Source: Glaucostegus cemiculus (Eukaryota). From it: 64,000 nucleotides of DNA. The position numbers and the translations under genes were made by a program. Below are positions 50,230 through 62,499 of the stretch, piece after piece. The notes under the pieces are model-generated. The model searched no databases. It had not been told where the DNA came from and was given only the letters and a program-made list of their open reading frames with translations. The first letter of the stretch is position 1, and each line of letters opens with the position of its first letter. Location: positions 1,984,001-2,048,000 of the forward strand of contig CDPCPM010000018.1 of the NCBI GenBank assembly GCA_976551045.1. The letters are read 5' to 3'.

Positions 50230-50660
50230 AATACCTGGTTGGGGTTGGAGGCACCAGGTCTGGAAGTACTCTTCCAGAGTTTCAGTACTGCTGAAAGTGA
50301 CAGGGACCCTTTAGTCTGATTAAGTGGCTACCCGTGCTGCTCTGCATTGCCCCTCTTGCCATTTGTTGTGATTTCAATGTCCTCCTGATGGGTGTCATAT
50401 CCAACGCAGAAAACACATACCTCATCGCTGATTCCCTGGTTTCAACCTTCCTCAAAGACAATGGACTACCCTCAACAGAGTCTACCAATGCCACGGGCAA
50501 TGTGGCCACCTGCACCACAAATGAAAGCTGTTATTTGCCCCAAGATGTGATTGAAGCCATAAGTGCAATATCATGCCACATATCACATCATTGAGAGGAA
50601 CGGTTATATGGAAGCACCTTATTTCTCCACTTGGCATCTCAGGGGGCCATTGACTGGATT
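50230..50660 (+). mobile_element. Ancient L1/Tx1-like APE endonuclease fossil
   Basis: LPVLLCIAPLAICCDFNV resembles the L..L....P.ILGGDFN motif; then FLKDNGL, SHH (cf. SDH) and WHL (cf. WKLN) in the expected order. Confidence 0.5.
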
Positions 50661-51839
50661 GGCAGACTGGACATGCAAGTATGAGGCACATGAAAGAAGG
50701 GTAACAAAGGAAGGTCAAAATCCCACAGCAACAAAAGTCAGGTCAAAGGCTCTGAAGCCAGAAGTTATTCTATCCATCATTTATTTCAAGAGAAATGGGT
50801 AGGATTACAACATAGGAGGCCCTTAGTCTATCACATCAGTAACACGTCTTTCCTGAAGCAATTCAAATTCAACTACATTCTCCTGATCATCCTTCATTGT
50901 GTTGTGCCATGTATTGAATTGAGGGTTTACCAAATGTGATTGTTCAGAAAAATAAATTAATTTGCACATACAATTGTAGTGAACCTGTTTGCATGAAAAC
51001 CTTTCACTATTTATCCGACCACAACACCCCAAATATCTAGTGCTCAAGTTCATTTGGAGCTTTGTGAACAGACCAGCATTTCTTGCTGTAACAAGGCTGA
51101 TGACGTGCACTGCAAGACTTCACAATGGAAGCCTTATTACAGCAACTCAAGAAAAAAATGCTTAAGAAAATTATTGCCTCATAATTAGATTATGTAATGC
51201 TGTTTATTTCAGCATTATGCAATTGAAAATGTACCTGCTACATTGTGGAATACCTCGTAAAGTTGATCAAGCACATCCTAACATGAATATAAAATGACTT
51301 CCTTGTCATACGCAGATTGTACAATAGAACCTCCAGGAATACATACAACCTACTGAAAACAGATTGCCATGTGTCTTTGTAACTTGTCAATGTGCAAGTG
51401 TCTTAGCAAGGAAACTGAAGATGGAGACAGAGTAATATTGAAGGGGACTTCCAAAGTGCAAGAAATAACTTTAAAGTGAAGTGAATCGGTACAATGGCAC
51501 AGCTAGCTTCATTTAGAAATGCAGATTTAAATTATAAATCACTTGAAAGTGGAGATGCAATTTGCATCATTCAATTTTAATTCACAAAACGAAGCTGAAT
51601 TTCCAAATTTATAATGAAAGGTTATATTCACAGGCCATTGATATATGTATTTAATTCATTAGGTAATTGGTGCCCCATTACTTCAGCATTATGAGATTTT
51701 GATAGTTTCTCTTCCAGTTCCCCAATCCCATCTGTAGAAGCCTAAAAGCAATGAAGCAGGCAAAGGGATTTTAAAATAATTTCCATTTACTTAACTTTAA
51801 TAAATAGCAAAACATCATGACAAATGTTATCAAATAAAA

Positions 51840-52720
51840 TCTGAGCCTAATCTAAATAATATGTTAATTCAGATTGCCTACATGTGGGTCCAAGAGGTGA
51901 GTGAACTATAAAGAAGGAAAGAAAGAGAGGTGAAGGAGTTTACAAACAAATTCCACAAGCTGCAGTCTCACCTGTTAAAGGTCGGACTGCCAGTGCCGGA
52001 GTCATTAAATGCATATGAGGTCATAGTTGAGGGGCTCAGGTCACTCTGAAGGAGCTACAGAGATGAGGAGGGTGAAACTACTGAGGGATTTCAAAACAAA
52101 TTCAGGAAGTTGGTAACCAGGAATTAATGTATGTCAGTGAACAGGAATTGCTGCAGCTTAGAACATGGGCAGTCGGATTTTGGATGAATCTAATTTTAAG
52201 GCAGGTGGGAGATGGGAGGCCCACTTAGTGTATATTGCAGTAGTCAACTTTAGAAGTGACAAAGTTTCTGGGGAAGTTTTCAAAGCAGGTGAACTGTACA
52301 GGAGCAGGGAGTTGGGTGACTTACAAGGGTGGAATTTGACAGTTTTGGACGGTTTGAAAGATTGCACACACATGTGTTCACAAACTTATCTCAATGTCAC
52401 CAAGACAACAGTTTTAAACAGTTGCCAGGGAAAGAGATAGTGAAAGTGTAGACAATGGGAGTCTAGACGCTGAGGACAATGGCTTTAGATGGACTAATAT
52501 TTAATCTGGAGAAATTTCTGCTCACTTAGTCCTGGATGGTAATTTGTACTTCAGTGGAGACGTCATGAATGTGGAGGCAAATTGAGTCATGTCAGTGCAT
52601 ATATGAAACTTCATGCTTTTTTAGGTGTATCTCTGAGGGGCAGCATGCAGATGAAAAAAAATACACGGGGAAGCCAAGGATATGTTTTATAGTGAGGGTA
52701 ACAATTTTGCCAACAAGAAT
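51840..52720 (-). mobile_element. Very degenerate L2-like fragment
   Basis: Purine-rich reverse LINE-like sequence resembling 32470-32760; no intact motif. Confidence 0.4.
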
Positions 52721-53844
52721 CTATAAGGAGGAGGTCATAAAAAGCAGGAACACCTTATGTAAAATGGTGGATCTTGACCTATATAGAGAAAAATAAAGTG
52801 CTTATGAAATAAAGGGAAGAAGTTATTTGAAACAAGGCAAAAGAGATGTCAGCGATTACTAGTTGAAGACATACTTAAACCATCAGCACAATGAAAAATT
52901 GCTGGAAGAGTCATAAAAATTAATTTAAATAAATAATAAATTGGGTGACTCCCTCACATGCAGGCAATTTTCTCATATTGTAATGTCCCTGTGTATTTCA
53001 ATAGGCAAGAGACAGGACAATGCAAATCTTTTGCACTGTTTAATACCAAACAGCTCCAAGACTAGCCTGGATCTTAGAACCTGACTAACTTACAACAGCC
53101 TTAAGCACTTTTCTTGAATACTGATCATGGACAAGGAGCTATTAAGTCAGAAGCAACAGATTCCTCACAAATAAACAGAGACAACCAGGAAACTGCCAAG
53201 CTGATTTTGCATTAACTGAATACCAGAAACAAGCACCTAACTCATTACACAGGTACAAACACTATGAAATGCTGTTGTTCGCAGATTAGATTGTTAATCT
53301 TTTCCTAAGAAGCTGACTGGTCTGTGTTAACATGAACTTTTAAATGTTTTCAAGAGCTCAGGCTGTTAGTCTGATTATGCAAGAGCGCATGTAGCCCTTT
53401 CACCTATCTTTTAAGCGTACTTCTTGGTCCTCACACTGACTAAGCTTTGCTTTGTGCAGTAGCGTACAACAGAATCACCAGAAACTTGATATATCACTGG
53501 TGTTTGCCTTTGTTTATGGACGCTTAATATACAGCTTGAAAGTTGACAGTTGAAGTTGCCATTCTGTTACTACAGCAACAAAGTGAAAAATTTAAATCGA
53601 AAATTTTAGTATTTTGTAAAGGCTCATGGGAAGTTAACTTGGACAGCCCTGGGAAACAGGTACTACAATCACAAAATGTGGTTAACTTGCATTCATTTGA
53701 TCCTGTACAGGAAACACACAAAGTGCGATTTCAGTTGACCTCTGGCTCTAACCACGCCATCACTGGTTTGAGCCCATAACTGCAGCATTCCAGTTCCTGA
53801 GTACTGCCACACCTTAGCAGGATGTCAACTGGAATGGAAAGTTT

Positions 53845-54320
53845 TAGCTTTACCAGGATGTTGCCTGAAATGGAGGGCTTTATTTACACAGAGAAATTGG
53901 ATAAGCAGCGTTTATTATCATTAGAGTGTAGGAAGCTGAGGGGTGAACTTATTGAAGTTTATAAGATTATAAGGGCCTTAGATGGGGTTGACAGAGTCAT
54001 TTTTCCAGGTAGAGGTTGTCTAAAACAAGAGGGCACAGATTTATGGTGAAGGGGGAGAAATTTAAAGGAGATCTGAGGGACCAGTGTTTCACAAATAGAA
54101 TGGTGGTTATATGGAACAAGCTGCCAGAGGAGGTGGTAGAGGGAGATACGTAAAAGTACAATGTTTAAAAGGCATTTACACAGGAACTTGAATAGGAAAG
54201 GAGAAGAGGGGCACAGGCATAATGCAGGCAAATGGAATCAGCGTAATTAAGTATCTTGGTTGGCATGGATAAGTTGGGCTAAGGGACCTGTTTCCATGCT
54301 GAACAGCTCCAAGACTCTCT
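53845..54320 (+). mobile_element. CR1 3' fragment
   Basis: FTRMLP, LE.RKLRGELIEVYKI, WNKLPEEVVE, 3' terminus. Confidence 0.85.
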
Positions 54321-54414
54321 CTTACTCTCTGCCCCTGAGTTAGCACGTAGCAATGAAGGCCAGCCTATGCCTCTTAAAGGGGGTAGTCACTTGTAGCTGC
54401 AACTAGTGATCATT

Positions 54415-54860
54415 CCATGAGTACTGCTGCAAAGCAGGACCAAACATAAATGAGACAGAGCACCCAGATTTTCTGAATCAGTTGCCAAGAACTGGCCGGA
54501 TGGACCAAGAGATCCCCTGTCCACAGGTGCTCAGAAAGCTTTCCAAGCAGATGTTGAAGTGAGAGGGACAGGAGACATTCATATAGATAAGCCTCTCTCA
54601 ACAGGTTAATGCTCCATCTCTGTCAGTTGCTTCCAGTGTCCTTGCTATTGCCTGTTGACCAGCCAGCACATATTGCTGCCACTCATGGCATGAGGGTGCT
54701 AATGAAGCCTGGCTTTCTAGGTCCACACCTCTCAAAGTTATGCTGTGGAGCCAGCTGTAGCTTCCTGCTTTGCATTCAGCAGCCACCCCCAAATCCAGCC
54801 CACTAAGTTCTGCAGCTCCTGAGGAAGCATTGCACACAAGAGAACTAAGACAGTGCATAA
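54415..54860. mobile_element. PIF/Harbinger remnant: Myb/SANT-like start on plus, transposase C-terminal piece on minus
   Basis: Plus: DRAPRFSES at ~54453-54480. Minus: GWLL.., QQAIA..L, DRDGAL (cf. GWLLGDKGY, IEQTIG.LK, DRSGGAL). Confidence 0.45.
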
Positions 54861-55069
54861 GGATGAATCATTATTGTTAGTATTGATTTTGTCTCATATG
54901 TTTTGGAATGATCATTTGAAGTGGTCTATTATCCTGTAATTGTACTCACAGTGACCAGATGCATAGGATGGATATGATGGGAAGCTTAATGAAGAAAAGA
55001 ATTAGCATTTAGGTTAATGACATAGTGGTCAATTTTTTTATTCTCTGTCTGGCCAGAAAGGAGCCCCTG

Positions 55070-55860
55070 ACTTTGCCTCCTCTTCTTCATCTTCTTCCTC
55101 ATCCTCATCTACAGCTGCTGGCAAGGTCTAAGTCCAAAGTTTTGTCAGATTTCAGAGGATACAACTGATCTCTGGTGTGGGACAAATGCAGAGTTTGCTA
55201 GTTCAGAACAGTGATGGTCGGCCAAGTCAGGTTGCGGGAGCATCGTGGCTCTTGCAATACAAGTGTTGTTCTGTTGTGTGGGCATTGAAATAGAAGCAGG
55301 TGCCAAGTGGTCCTTCTTGGCAAAAAGATCACCCTTTGATCTATCATGATGGCTCAAAGGTGAAAGGTGGGAGTACATTGTTGCAAGATGGAGAGTAATT
55401 ATTTCTCCCTTGGTATTAGACATTGACCATCATGATCTTCTGAGTATGGTCACAGATCAACTATGCATTCAGGAGTTGAAATGGGTTGTGACAATCCTGG
55501 GATTCTCATATGAGAGTGGCCCATGTGCAGTCAGGAAACCTATTATCCTGACACATTCATGCCACTGTCTTTTGAAGAGGCAAATTTGGTTCCCAAAGAA
55601 TGCCTCCATAATCTTCTTACTGCAGCATGTACTAGAAATTGTGAAGCATGACTGATGCCTCCTGCATCCACCCAGGTTGACCTGTTGGCATAGAAGTTGA
55701 TAGCCATTGTCACCATTGGCCCTGCTCTGTTCCTGCTGCATATTTCATTGTTCTGTCAGTGCTTCCTTGGGGAAGCAATGCTTCCTTCAGCATTGCTCCT
55801 GACTGTACTGCACATAGGTGAATGCATGCCTGAACACCATCTGAGAATGAGCTCTCCAAC
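55070..55860 (-). mobile_element. PIF/Harbinger (HARBI1-like) transposase fossil
   Basis: In order: VFRHAFTYVQYSQEQC, VTMAINFYA, SQFLVH, RIIGF, LNA*LICDHTQKIMMVNV*YQG, KG*, acidic tail EDEEEDEEEE; multiple stops, frameshifts and deletions. Confidence 0.75.
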
Positions 55861-55920
55861 TGAAAGCTCTCCTGTAGCTCCACCTTCTCCTCTATCCTCC
55901 TTCAGCAAGTAGCCCTGCTC

Positions 55921-56690
55921 TGAGGTGGTGCACTTTAGTAGGACAAACTCCATGGCAGAGTACAAGGTCAATGGCAAGATACTTGGCAGTGTAGAGGAGC
56001 AGAGGAATCTGGTGGTTCATATCCACAGTTCACTCAAAGTTGCCTCGCAGGTGGTTAGGGCAGTTAAGAAGGCTTATGGGATGTTAGCTTTTATAAATCG
56101 TGGGATTGAGTTCAAGAGCCGAGAGGTAATGATGCTGCTTTACAAAACTCTAGATAGACCGCATTTAGAGTATTCTGTTCAGTTCTGGTTGCCGCATTAT
56201 AGGAAGGATGTGGAGGCGTTGGAGAGGGTACAGAGGCGATTTATCAGGATGATGCCTGGGCTAGAGGGTATGGAATATGAGGAGAGGCTTAAGGTGCTAG
56301 GGCTTTACTCGTTGGAGAGGAGGAGGATGAGATGGGACTTGATAGAGGTGTATAAGATATTGAGAGGAATAGATAGAGTTGACAGCTCTTTCCCAGAGCA
56401 CAGATGCTCAAGATGAGAGGGCATGGCTTTAAGATATTGGCTGGAAAGTTCAGGGGAGATGTCAGAGGGAAGTTTTTCACCCAGAGAGTGGTTGGCGCAT
56501 GGAATGCGCTGCCTGGGGTGGTGGTAGAGGCAGATACGTTGGACAGGTTCAAGAGATTGTTAGATAGGCACATGGAAGAATGTGGAATAGAGGGATATGT
56601 GGGAGGAAAGAGTTAGATCGTGTGACGTTTGAAGGATGGCACAACTTGGTGGGCCGAAGGGCCTGTTTTGTGCTGTATTGTTCTATGGTT
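55921..56690 (+). mobile_element. Young 5'-truncated CR1 next to or inside the Harbinger fossil
   Basis: 163-aa ORF with HLEYSVQFWLPHYRKDVEALERVQRRF; intact 3' terminus. Confidence 0.95.
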
Positions 56691-57789
56691 CAATCATTTC
56701 AATATACACTCTCTCCTCAGTTTCCCCGTTTGTTTTGAGGATTGTGTAGAACAACCTCAACCCCCTCTTCTGTAACAACAGAATTTGGCAAATGTTCAGA
56801 GGCTGAGATACATTCCCAGCTTTTGATGTACCATCCTTGTACCTTCACATGTCACAACAACTGTCCATCAAATCAATCAGCCAGAGATCTACAGACATGA
56901 TTGATTCCTTTAAATGGCACATGTGTGTAGGGTGGGAGGGAGATTGGGGTTCAGGGGACAATCTAGATGCACCACACCAGCTTTGAATGGAAAATATGTT
57001 GGTAACTGCCAGTTTGGATGTACTGGGTCCTAGCCCCCTCACCATTGTGGATTTTATCTGCGTCATAGTTTGCTCATGAACTCCAACAAGATTGGCATTC
57101 ATAACACCCGTCAATCCAATTTCACAATGGTGGAGTAGATTTTCAACTTACATGACAGGATTGTTGACTGTTCTACAAACTGTCTGATTTTATTTTCCAT
57201 TGATTTGAAAGGCATCAATTTTTAAGGCCAATTCAGGTCCAGGTGACATGTTTCGAATCTTTTGGAATTCTTTTATTCTGAGAGGTAAAAGCAGAGAGCA
57301 TGAGATGCATGTGTCATATTTATCATGACAGCACATTGTTTGGATTTAACTTCAAAGTTCTGAAGGAGAAAAACAATCCAATCTGACAGGTGTCCAAAAA
57401 GCAAAGCTGGGTTTGATCTTCATTTATTGTCTTTCCCATTCCATCAAAGAAGAGTTTATCTTTTAGATTTTAGTGAATTGAGATAATTGGAAATTAATTT
57501 GTTTGCTGAATTTATTTGTCTACAACCATTTTGAAACACCGAACATAATAAAAGGAATTAGCACCGGACCACCTTATAATGTAAACTGTTACAAATATTT
57601 TATAGCATTAATTGAAGCACAGCCCATTCTGGTATATGTCATGGAATTCAAAAGAATGCAGATACTAGAAGACTGAAATAAAAACAGAAAATGATGGAAA
57701 CATTCAGTAGGTAAGGCAGCATCTATGGAAAGATAATGTTTCAGCTTGAAGGTCCTTTGTCAGAACTATACCTATATTTCTTATACCAG

Positions 57790-58087
57790 AGATGGTCGGA
57801 CCGGTTGGTCGAGCCGGAGGAGTCCGGAGGTGGTTGAGTCAAGGTGGGCCGGTCAGTCGAGCCAGAGGTGGGCCGGAGGTGGTCAAGCCGTCGAGCTGGA
57901 GGTGGTCGGAACAACTCAGCGTGGTCGCTGGCCTAATGTCCTGTCTCTTTTCCCTTGTCTCCTTGTCTTTATTGTCTTGAATGTGTTTTGCACCTGGTCC
58001 TGCGGAGAATGGCATTTCGACTCCATGCACGCTTATGTATGTATGGAAGTGACAATAAATTGAATCTGAATCTGAATCTGAATCTGA
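57790..58087 (+). mobile_element. Short retroelement: GC-rich internal repeats, then gtgacaataaa and (TGAATC)n tail
   Basis: Repeated gtcgagcc/ggaggtgg words; 3' end gaagtgacaataaattgaatctgaatctgaatctgaatctga. Confidence 0.65.
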
Positions 58088-58339
58088 CTTTGTATGGGAT
58101 GATTCTATTTTTACCTTATGTGGTAATGATGGAGTTAATACCATGGAGCAACGCAGCAGCTCTCAAATTCCAGGCAGCTCAGAGACCAAGGCAATTGCTA
58201 ACGAACCTTTAGAGACAGTACACAAGGATTTAACAAGGTCACCTTTGTAGTTCCTGCACTATGAATGGAGAAATTATTTACCAGCATTTATTCATTTTCA
58301 TTTTGTGACATGTCTTTGTCCTTTTTTAAAAACAGTAAA

Positions 58340-58625
58340 ACTTTCATTTATACAGAACATCCTGATCCTCATGTTGTTCAAAATAATTCAGATTTTTTGA
58401 AATGCAGTCTCTGTTGTTAAGTGGATCAGTGTTGCAATTAACATGGGCAGACCAAATAGCATTGACATGATACTTAATCTGTAGTTAATGTTTAGGGTTT
58501 TGGAAGGCAATTTTGGACTGTGTACCTGGAGAATTTCCCTGTTGTTCTTCAAACTGTGTCATAACTCTCCTGAAAAGGCAGAAGGGGTGTTAGTTTAAAA
58601 TCTCATCTAAAATACAGTACCATAA
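58340..58625 (-). mobile_element. DeuSINE-like remnant
   Basis: Reverse similarity to 39985-40460 (ggagaatttccctgttgttcttcaaa; gtttaaaatctcatctaaa). Confidence 0.5.
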
Positions 58626-59010
58626 ACAAGTCCTGCAGCAAATCTTACCACATGGAGGTGAGAGTACAACAAATAAGTAATGAAATATTTAGGAAATCAT
58701 TTTTCGCAGCAGTTCTCTCAAAGAACATAAAAAGACTTTTAAATTTTATTTTGCTTTTCTGGGTTTTCTGCTGTTCTCTCAAAGTTACAGTGACTGAGTG
58801 AGAAAATGTCTGTGGAAATTTACCTTTAGTGCTTCCCTGGTAGATTGGCCTTTTGGCCTCTTTTTGACTGCCTTGTGAATTAGTAATTATTATGCAATCA
58901 GAGTAGCTCAAAGTGGAAGGTGGAAAGCTTTATACAACTAACCTCTCTTAAGTTGCAGTGTGAGTTATTACATTTTATCCAATCAGCACTGACAAAATTA
59001 GGGGGTGGAA

Positions 59011-59046
59011 CAGCTGGTGTTTGTCCTTCAGCTGGTGTTTGTCCTT
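59011..59046. repeat. Perfect 18-bp tandem duplication
   Basis: cagctggtgtttgtcctt x2. Confidence 0.9.
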
Positions 59047-59369
59047 GCTAGTCAAGTTCAAGTTCATGATCCTTTTGTCTGGTACTATTTGTTTTGTTAA
59101 AGTATTCTGGCATTCTAATTACTTGCAATTGCCTGAATGAACAGCTGAGTATGTACAGAGCAATGTGGTGAACTTTCGGCACAAAGACATTAATATTTTG
59201 CCATAAATCACACAATACCTGTGTTTGAATCAAGCCTTCAAATTTGCCCTGTAGTTTTGATAACACTTAAGTACACCTTGTTAGATGCTAATTTGTTATC
59301 AGTGGATCTGCAAACTGGCAAGGTTGGCCGTGTATTACTGGGAATGTCAGTAATTATAAGAACTGAAAG

Positions 59370-59870
59370 GAGATAATAGGTGCAGGAACGAGGCACGTGG
59401 CCCTTCACACCTGTGCTGTCATTCAATATGATCTGCCCCAGGCCTCACCTCCTCTTCTTTGCCAGTTCTCCATAGTCCTCCATTCCCTCATCTTTGAAAG
59501 TGTATCTACTTCCTCTTTAAGTATTCCCAATGACCTAGCCTCAAAAAACCTTTGGGGAAGAGAATTCCAGAAATCATCTTCGTCTGTGAGAAAATACCTG
59601 CGCATCAGTTTTAAATGATTGTCCCCTTATCTTGTTACTATGTCTCCTCTTTTGAGATTCTTCCACTAGTGGAAACATCTTGACATTTACCTTGTCATGC
59701 CTGTTAAGGATCTTGGACGTTTCACTAAGATCACCCTTCTTTCAACTAAACTCCAAAGACTATGCATTTTGTTTATTTAGCCTCTCATGCCAGGACAACT
59801 CTCTCAGTTCAGGAAGCAGCTGAGTGAATCTCTCGTGGATAGCCTCAATGCCAGTATGTCCTTTAAACAC
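59370..59870 (-). mobile_element. Degenerate CR1 3' fragment
   Basis: FWNSLPQR..EARSL.ILKEEVD and RFTQLLPEL motifs on minus. Confidence 0.75.
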
Positions 59871-61409
59871 ACTCCAGAGTCCTATCCTGTTGTGTCCGTG
59901 TGTTAAGAATACTTCTGCCTGAGGCTTCCTGGGAAACAGGCCCAAGTATCCATTTCTCCCTAATTAGGAAGGGACTTAATTATGTGGAGTGGGATAAGGC
60001 TGAGCTTTGAGTGACAGCTGTAGTGCCTGGAAATCCTCCCAGTCTTGCCGGCTGCAAAAGTAAAAGAACAGTAGCAATTTCTCCCCAGTACGAGTCAGGC
60101 CTGTGGGACTTGAGACACTTCTAATTTACAGTGATCATTAGGATGAAGGTTGCTGTGGAGGCAAGAGAGAACCTCAGCAGGGAGAACCTCCCTCCCGTCA
60201 CCATCACCATTACCATCACCATAGTATGCTTGGTGGGTTGCAATGGGTACGTGGAAGAGGTCTTGAGTGGTATCTGCGTTTCTTTCTTTTCTATGGGAAA
60301 TCCATGCCCCTATCCCTCACTGATAACAAGGAATTATACTCTGAGCTGTTGTAGTGTTGCTTGTTAAAAATAACATCCACAGATAAGGAAAATCCCATCA
60401 CTGTTCATAGTATTGAACTTCATGTTCCTTTGGATACTGTTTTAATCTTCTGCTGCTTCATTCCCACAGTTTGAAAATATTAAAAAATGACATTTGATAG
60501 ATTAAGTGAATGTATTTTCACCTGTATTATTTCTGAGTAGGGTGTTGATTCTTCTGAGGCAGCTCTCTTACTTGGCTACAAAGTCACGGATTCAAGTCCC
60601 ACTCTGGAGACCTGAGTACATAATCTTGGTTAGCCCTACGGTACAATTCTGTGGTTCATACAAAATGTTCCCAAAAGTAATCAGTATAAAACAGGTTTAT
60701 AGAAATAAAATCCTTTGTGGTTTTCTGGGTCACTATTGCAGGAAAAACAAAGGAGTCATCTTAGTATGATATTTGGAAAGTTGCACAGGTCTTATTTTGT
60801 CTCACAGAAGCTATCCTTGACTTCACTAAAAGAATTTGCACAAGAGATAGCTAGATACTCGCCTATCTGTATAAAATAAAACTGTTACAAGGTTTTAATA
60901 ACAAAGTGGCAGTGATTCAAATCATATTTATTTCATTTCATAAAGTAGATAAGTAATGAACAAAAATATGTTTACATTTTATTTCAATTTACGTTGCATT
61001 AAAATGTTATGTGTTTCGTTTTGTTCAATTACAAATTGCTTATGTTGACTTCTGACGATAACTTTTATTTTAAAACTGTCTAGTATATGGCCATGTGATT
61101 GGTGTTTCCAATAGCAATTAAGTCATCCATTTGTACTGCAGGGGCCGGATTTTGCAGTGAGGCCATTAGTACTCACCATTATTAGAGAATAAATAAACAG
61201 TTGAATGCAGAAACCATGAAGTTATTGCCTCAGTTTCTCTGCTCCAACAGTGTTTCACTGGATGTCTCAACAAGAAAGGAGTAAATATACCGCACCTACA
61301 TGATGAGTAGGTTCTAAAAGCCCAGAAAAATAAAGTTTGTCCATGCCCACGTAAGTGAAAAATCGTATGTAAAATTTAACAGCATGAAGTTCACTTCTAA
61401 GTCCCTGAG

Positions 61410-61680
61410 CTTTTGAAGCAGTAAAGAGTCAACCACATTGATAGGTCTGAAGTTACATGGGAGATATCCTTCCCTGAAGGACATCAGAGAACCAGATGGC
61501 TTTCACAATAGTCTAGTACTTTCATAATTACCATTACTGATACCAGCTTTTTAATTCCAAATTTATTTAATGTCTTGAACTTAAATGCCCAGCTGTTGTA
61601 GTGGGATTTAAACTTGTGTCCCTGGTTCAATGGTCTAAGCCTCAGAATGCAGGCCAGTAACCTAAACACATGATTTAGCA
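61410..61680 (-). mobile_element. tRNA-like-headed repeat (SINE-like head shared with the LINE at 62500-63940)
   Basis: Minus strand has degenerate B box aagtttaaatccc followed by sequence that also appears at 63820-63937. Confidence 0.5.
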
Positions 61681-61804
61681 TTAAATTAATTATTCTAATT
61701 AATGTTTCTTGGTTCAGATACAGTTGTCCTTGGTGAGGATTCTTCAATCTAACTGGTTAAAGGAATACATGGCTCAGCTCCCCTGCAGTGGACACCATGG
61801 CAAA

Positions 61805-62075
61805 ATAAGAGACTGCAGATGTTAGAACCCGGAGCAAAAAAAGTCTGCTGGAGGAACTCAGCAGGTTGAGCAGCATCTGAAGGAGGAAAGACATTGTCGA
61901 AGCTTCAGGTCAAAACCCTGATCAGGACTGAGAATGGAGAGGGGAAATGGCCAATATATAATGAGAGAGGGAGTGGACCAGGAGTTTGAGTTGATTGGTG
62001 GAATGAGGAGGGGCGAAAGGTGACAGGCAGGGGAGGGAAGGGGGTAGAGTTGAGAGACAGTGGCAGGTGGATAAT
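61805..62075 (-). mobile_element. Penelope-like terminal repeat remnant
   Basis: Minus: cagtcctgatcagggttttgacctgaagcttcgac...gatgctgctcaacctgctgagttcctccagca. Confidence 0.55.
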
Positions 62076-62499
62076 AATGACCATGCCAAAATAGATATCT
62101 AATCACCATCAGCTCCAGGGCAAAAAAACATAGAACATCTGTGGTAGGTTGTCAATGTAAATAACTTCTCACGTTGCTCATTCACCACTGACAGCAAAAT
62201 CTGGGCATTATGTAACACTACTGGCAAGTTCACAAATACCTCTGGACTGTTCTCTCCCTGGAGTTCAAGGTCGAGTTCACTTTCAGCTTTCTAGCATCAG
62301 AAGCTTTACAGGCTGCTCCAGCTTCTCTATCCTATCTGACAGTTAGTTGCTCACTCTGCTCTAGGAAGGTCAGTCAAACTTTACACTCAAAGAAGGGAGA
62401 TTTCATCTATCTTTCAATCAGCCACAGAGGTGGGCAGAGTGGGTATGGACATTTGTCTATATGGTGGGCTTTCCAAAGTGCAAGCATTCATAGACTTAG

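Noticed and set aside
50470-50580. Zinc-knuckle-like FICGAGGHIARG on the minus strand
   Set aside because: First and last Cys are missing, and the plus strand has a better ordered set of endonuclease motifs.
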